A stretch of DNA of 64,000 bases, from NCBI GenBank assembly GCA_963727525.1, contig CAVSGO010000003.1, positions 192,001 to 256,000 of the forward strand, read 5' to 3'. The number at the start of each line of letters is the position of its first letter. Position 1 is the first letter of the stretch. This document shows, in pieces, positions 59,665-64,000 of the stretch. Below the pieces are notes generated by a model. The model was not told where the DNA came from, did no database searches, and saw only the letters and a list, made by a program, of their open reading frames with translations. The DNA comes from an uncultured bacterium (lineage in GTDB: Bacteria; Krumholzibacteriota; Krumholzibacteriia; LZORAL124-64-63). Made by a program: the position numbers and the translations under genes.

Positions 59665-60086
59665 GAGCACCTTCCTTTCACTCATACCGAGCCCGGCCGC
59701 GCATGGCCTTCCCTCGACGGGGATTTCCAGGGAGGCCTGTGGTCGGGTGGCCGGGAATGAAAAGACTCTATCACATCGGGGCGGGCGGGTGTCACGATTG
59801 CGGCGTCAGGTGTGAGGAATCCGGATAGTCCAGCCGGCTGGACGGCGTATCGTGTTGCGGCAAAACAAGTCAAGAAATAGACCCACGAATCTCCTGATTC
59901 ATCCGGAAAGGACGTGGTGCCGGCACCGCGCCAGGCCATCGGCGTGTTCATCCAGTCCCACCCGTCGCGAAAAGCACCCCGCACTTCATCGCAGCCATGG
60001 TAGGATCCCGCCGGTGCATGAGCGGCGGCGTCCGTCGCAATCATGTTCGACGGATGAGGTCGCTCATGGTGCGCAGGAGGGATACC

Positions 60087-60779
60087 ATGAGACGTTTCCT
60101 TATCGTTATCGGCACTCTGTCACTCGTGGCCTTCGTGCCCGCGGTCGCCCACGCCGACTGGATGGACGACTTCGAGAGCTACGCGGTCGGTACCTCGCTC
60201 GATGGTGTGGGCGGCTGGTTTGGCTGGGACAACGATCCGGCGGCGACCGCGTACGTCTCGGATCTCTACGCCCACGGTGGTTCGAATTCCGTCGAGATTC
60301 TCCCGACCTCGGACCTCGTGCAGCGGTATTCAGGGTACGCGTCGGGCATGTGGGTCTACACGGCCTGGATGTACATCCCGACGGACTTCACCGGCGAGAC
60401 CTTCTTCATCATGCTCAACACTTACGCCGGGTCGACGGGCTCGAACTGGTCGGTGCAAGTCCACTTCACGGCCGGGCAGGTCATCGGCGACAGCGTCACC
60501 GGCGCCACGCTGCCCTGGATCACGGGCCAGTGGGTGGAGCTGCGCTTGGAGATCGATCTCACCAATGACATGCAGATCTTCTACTACGGCGGCAACGTGC
60601 TCTACTCGGCGAGCTGGACCGAGGGCGTCAGCGGCGGCGGTGTCCCGGTCATCGCGGCCGTCGATCTCTTCGGCAACGGCGCGTCGAACGTATACTACGA
60701 CGACATGTCGCTCATGCCGGCGTCGGTCGCGGTCGAGGGCGCGTCCTGGGGGAACGTAAAATCGCTGTTCCGCGAATGA
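60087..60779 (+). CDS. Secreted lectin/ConA-like beta-sandwich protein with short C-terminal tail
   Basis: AGGAGG RBS; signal AHA|DWMDDFESY; YYDDMS; ends ASWGNVKSLFRE. Confidence 0.8.
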   Translation: MRRFLIVIGTLSLVAFVPAVAHADWMDDFESYAVGTSLDGVGGWFGWDNDPAATAYVSDLYAHGGSNSVEILPTSDLVQRYSGYASGMWVYTAWMYIPTDFTGETFFIMLNTYAGSTGSNWSVQVHFTAGQVIGDSVTGATLPWITGQWVELRLEIDLTNDMQIFYYGGNVLYSASWTEGVSGGGVPVIAAVDLFGNGASNVYYDDMSLMPASVAVEGASWGNVKSLFRE

Positions 60780-60798
60780 GCTGACATGAAGTCAGTCG

Positions 60799-60827
60799 AG
60801 GGCCGCTCCATCGAAAGGAGCGGCCCT
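60799..60827. terminator. Hairpin between convergent genes
   Basis: 11-bp stem AGGGCCGCTCC/GGAGCGGCCCT. Confidence 0.6.
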
Positions 60828-60852
60828 GGCCACAACGTCTCCCGACCATACC

Positions 60853-63800
60853 CTACTGCAGCGCAAACTCCAGATACGTGCGGATTTCCCACTCCCGCCC
60901 GTCCGGCAACCCGGCCGGGTAGCGTTCGCCCACGGCCGGTGCCGGCGCGTCGGCCGGCATATACCGGTTCGAGTAGCGGTCCAGCGTGCGGTACGTCGCC
61001 CGTATACCCACGCGCGTCTGCGGATGCCCGAACCACACCGGCCTGCCCAGCGTGTACGACAGATCCGCCATGACTTGCAGAGGGTAGGTGAGGTTGTGGT
61101 CGTGGTGGTAGTCGTAGGGGCCGTAGTCGTTCACCTTGAAGGTGCCCATGAACGCCACCGACGGCCAGGCCACGCGCGAGTCCACGCTGAACCGGTGCAC
61201 GAGGCGGGTGTCGGCACCATTGGGTTCGGCGGTGCCCCAGGTGATGTGGCTGATCATGCGGGCGCCCCGGCCGAGGCGGTTCACGATGCGCGCGTGCAGC
61301 TCCCAGAGGTCGCGCGCCGGCGTGCCGCCGGGGAAGGCGTAGACCATGTCGGTGTCCGAGATGAAGAGGCCCGCGTCGGCCGTGGTGGCGTGGTGGGTGA
61401 GCACCAGGCCGATGCTCGCGGCGAGCTTCGCGTCCTCGCGGACGTCGCTGTCCCATGACCACATCCAGGTGGCCGGAGTGGGGTCGTAGGTGAGCATGAT
61501 CTCGCCCGCGGTGGTCTCGCGGTTGCCGCGCACGGCGAAGGGGTCGGAGAGGATGTCGCGCGGGCGGCCGGCGGTGCCCGCAAGGCGGTCGATCGATGGC
61601 ATCGCCCCGACGATGGGCTTCTGCCAGAGGACATTCGGACCCACCTGCCAGTTGCCGAAGCTCACGGCCACGCCGCTGAGCGCGTTCACCTGGTTGCCTG
61701 AACCCGAGTCGCGAAGTTGCCAGCCGGTGAAGGTGGGGATGGCGGTGGGGCCCGCTTCGGCCACCAGGCCCATGTAGGCGCCCTGGCCGTACCAGTGCCA
61801 GCGGCCGCGTTCCCAGGTGAGCTTGCCGCGGAAGCCGAAGGTGTCGTCGTCCGTGATGGTGTCGGTGTGGATGTCCTGGGGCGCCACCGGGCCGCTACCC
61901 TTCAGGACGCCGTCGCTCACGAGCTGGAACGACTCGCCGACGCGCGGCTGGCCCGACCACAGCGCGCCGCCCTCGAAGCCGAAGGGGCCGAGGTGCGTCT
62001 GCATCTGTAGCGACGCCTTGCGCGTGGTGCGCACCGGAATGGCGACCGAGCTGGTCACCTGGGTCTGCTGGGTGAAGTCTTCCTGGTACATGGCGGTCCA
62101 GGTCATGCCGCGCAACGCATGCTGGTACTTCACGAACACCGCCGGGTTGGCGCCCCACCAGAGCTGTGGGCCCACGGCCATGGCCAGGTCGGAGAAGGCC
62201 TTCTTGCCATGCATCTCGAAGCCGATGGGCGCCTCGCCGTTGTAGATGTCGAGGTTCTCGCCGTAGAACGCGTCGTGGTAGAGGCCGAAGAAATCGCCCT
62301 GGTATTGCCAGTGCAGGTGGCCCGTGCGGTAGAAGCCGTCGAGGGTGAACCAGCGGTCATCCCATGAGAGGTCCGCCTGGTACAGCTTCACGCGCTCGAG
62401 CGAGGACACGTCCACCGGCGCGCCCTGCGCGTCGACGAGGGTGCGCGTGCGGCCACGGTTCTCGTAGAAGATCTCGTCGATGGGGTTCTCGGGCACGTGG
62501 CCGAGGATGTTCATGGCCATGTGGCCGGTCACCGTCTCGCTGGGCTTGGCCTCGAAGCCCACGAACGCCGACTCGAGGTGGTCGAAGCCGAGGAAGCGGG
62601 GCGCCGCGGCCTGCGGCGACTCGGACGGGGGCGTGGAGATGTCCTGTCCGCCCGTGTTGTAGGTTTCCATCTTCAGGCGCAGCGACGACACGCGCACCTT
62701 GCTGAGGGTGTCGGCCTGGAGGGCCGCGCGATCGCCGCGGGCGGCGAGCACGGCGCCCATGACGTTCGGTGCATCGGGGCGGATGCCGGCGAACCACTGC
62801 GTGATGGCCTTGAGGTCGGTGCTCGGCGCATAGGCCGGCAGGCGGAAGGCGTCGCGCAGGGCGTAGTAGGCGGCGCGCGGGTACACGTCGTAGAGGCCGC
62901 GGGTGTCGGGGTAGCCCTTGGCGGTGATGCCCCACCACTCCTCGTTCATGTTGTTGTCGCCCTCGCGAAAGTCGGAATAGCCGGCGTCGGGCCACGAGGC
63001 GTGGGTGTCGTGGATGTCGAGGCGGCTGTCCTGCCCGTACTTCCACCAGCCGTCGCTCCACTGGAACACGAGGCCGCCGATGGCGTTGCCCACGCGACCC
63101 TTGCCGGCCGACTGCGCGTAGATCTCCTGCCACTGGCCCAGCAGGTAGCGGGCCTGCATGGCCTGGTCTTCCTCCATCGTAATGGCGTTGAAGGCGTCGC
63201 TGCCGAACTCGGTGAAGAGCACGGGTTTGCCAAGCTTGTCGTGCACCACCTGGAAGAGGTCGCGCGCCGAGATGCCGCGGTAGACGTTGGTGCCGAAGAC
63301 GTCGACCTCGGGGCACTCCTGCGCGATGACGTCGATGTACTGCACATCGCCGTTGGCGATGGCGACCGGCCGGTCCCGGTCGAGGCTCTTGACATCACGG
63401 ATGATCTCGCCGAACAGCGAGTAGAGCTGACGGGCGCGCGCGGCATCGCGTTCGCCCTCGGGCAGGGCCTCGGTCTCGAACGACGTCCACGACAGGCCGT
63501 AGTTGTTCTCGTTGCCCAGCAACCACATGAGCACGCCGGGCGTGCCGCGGAATTGCGCCACGAGGTCGTGCATCTCCTGTTTCAGCTCGGCGCGCACGCG
63601 TGGGTCGGCATAATCGGTGTTGGGATACCAGATGCCGTCGATCGTCAGCCCGTAGCGGCCGATCGTGTGGTTGAGCACGGTGTAGATTCCGTAGGTTTCG
63701 TAGATGTACTGCACCCACTGCGGAGGGATGCCGGCGTACTGACGGATGGCGTTCACGCCCATGTTGCGTAGAAGGGGCATCTCGCGGTCGAGGGCGGCGC

Positions 63801-64000
63801 GGATGACGTCGTCGGGCTGTTCCCAGAGGCTGTAGGTGTAGTTCTGCCCGATGGGCATGTAGCCCCAGTTCATGCCGTAGACCATGAAGTCCTGGCCATT
63901 CACCTCGAGCCGTGATCCGGCGGCATCGGTGGCCACGTGGATCGTGGGCATGCCGCCGCTGCCGGCGGCCAGGCCGCTGCCGGCGGCAAGGATGAAGGCC
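60853..64000 (-). CDS. GH2-like (clan GH-A TIM barrel) glycoside hydrolase with long C-terminal beta-rich domain; 5' end off-window
   Basis: GVNAIRQY, LGNENN (acid/base), FTEFG (nucleophile). The frame stays open to 64000 with signal-like AFILAAGSGLAAG. Confidence 0.85.
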   Translation of the reverse strand, partial: AFILAAGSGLAAGSGGMPTIHVATDAAGSRLEVNGQDFMVYGMNWGYMPIGQNYTYSLWEQPDDVIRAALDREMPLLRNMGVNAIRQYAGIPPQWVQYIYETYGIYTVLNHTIGRYGLTIDGIWYPNTDYADPRVRAELKQEMHDLVAQFRGTPGVLMWLLGNENNYGLSWTSFETEALPEGERDAARARQLYSLFGEIIRDVKSLDRDRPVAIANGDVQYIDVIAQECPEVDVFGTNVYRGISARDLFQVVHDKLGKPVLFTEFGSDAFNAITMEEDQAMQARYLLGQWQEIYAQSAGKGRVGNAIGGLVFQWSDGWWKYGQDSRLDIHDTHASWPDAGYSDFREGDNNMNEEWWGITAKGYPDTRGLYDVYPRAAYYALRDAFRLPAYAPSTDLKAITQWFAGIRPDAPNVMGAVLAARGDRAALQADTLSKVRVSSLRLKMETYNTGGQDISTPPSESPQAAAPRFLGFDHLESAFVGFEAKPSETVTGHMAMNILGHVPENPIDEIFYENRGRTRTLVDAQGAPVDVSSLERVKLYQADLSWDDRWFTLDGFYRTGHLHWQYQGDFFGLYHDAFYGENLDIYNGEAPIGFEMHGKKAFSDLAMAVGPQLWWGANPAVFVKYQHALRGMTWTAMYQEDFTQQTQVTSSVAIPVRTTRKASLQMQTHLGPFGFEGGALWSGQPRVGESFQLVSDGVLKGSGPVAPQDIHTDTITDDDTFGFRGKLTWERGRWHWYGQGAYMGLVAEAGPTAIPTFTGWQLRDSGSGNQVNALSGVAVSFGNWQVGPNVLWQKPIVGAMPSIDRLAGTAGRPRDILSDPFAVRGNRETTAGEIMLTYDPTPATWMWSWDSDVREDAKLAASIGLVLTHHATTADAGLFISDTDMVYAFPGGTPARDLWELHARIVNRLGRGARMISHITWGTAEPNGADTRLVHRFSVDSRVAWPSVAFMGTFKVNDYGPYDYHHDHNLTYPLQVMADLSYTLGRPVWFGHPQTRVGIRATYRTLDRYSNRYMPADAPAPAVGERYPAGLPDGREWEIRTYLEFALQ

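Noticed and set aside
59790..59950. Possible c-di-GMP riboswitch
   Set aside because: Only fragments resemble the consensus; the ordered GGCAAA...GACGCAAA core is absent.

Overview
High-GC bacterial chromosomal window with about 45 genes. The many secreted proteins with FlgD-Ig/T9SS-like C-terminal domains (CTDs) or short W-x-x-V-K-x-L-F tails suggest an FCB-group candidate phylum such as Krumholzibacteriota, Latescibacterota or Eisenbacteria (inference). From left to right: a partial FG-GAP protein; carA; an orphan NlpC/P60-like protein; a convergent glycan-tailoring cluster (flippase, two ATP-grasp ligases, GT4, B12-radical SAM); an aldo/keto reductase; a 188-bp ERIC-like palindromic element; an 11-subunit complex I-like operon without nuoEFG (nuoA,B,CD,H-N; nuoN frameshifted); two paralogous lipoproteins plus a beta-barrel; an MmgE/PrpD protein; a Ser/Thr kinase plus barrel; a 14-repeat propeller protein; a GH16 operon with a ROK repressor and a visible promoter/operator; a GtrA/methyltransferase/GtrB/DUF6311 module; two divergent short-tail proteins; and a partial GH2-like hydrolase fused to a probable beta-barrel. 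No rRNA, tRNA, CRISPR array or transposase was recognised. Two frameshifts fall in G4 homopolymers and may be sequencing errors. All family assignments come from motif recognition by eye, not from database searches.
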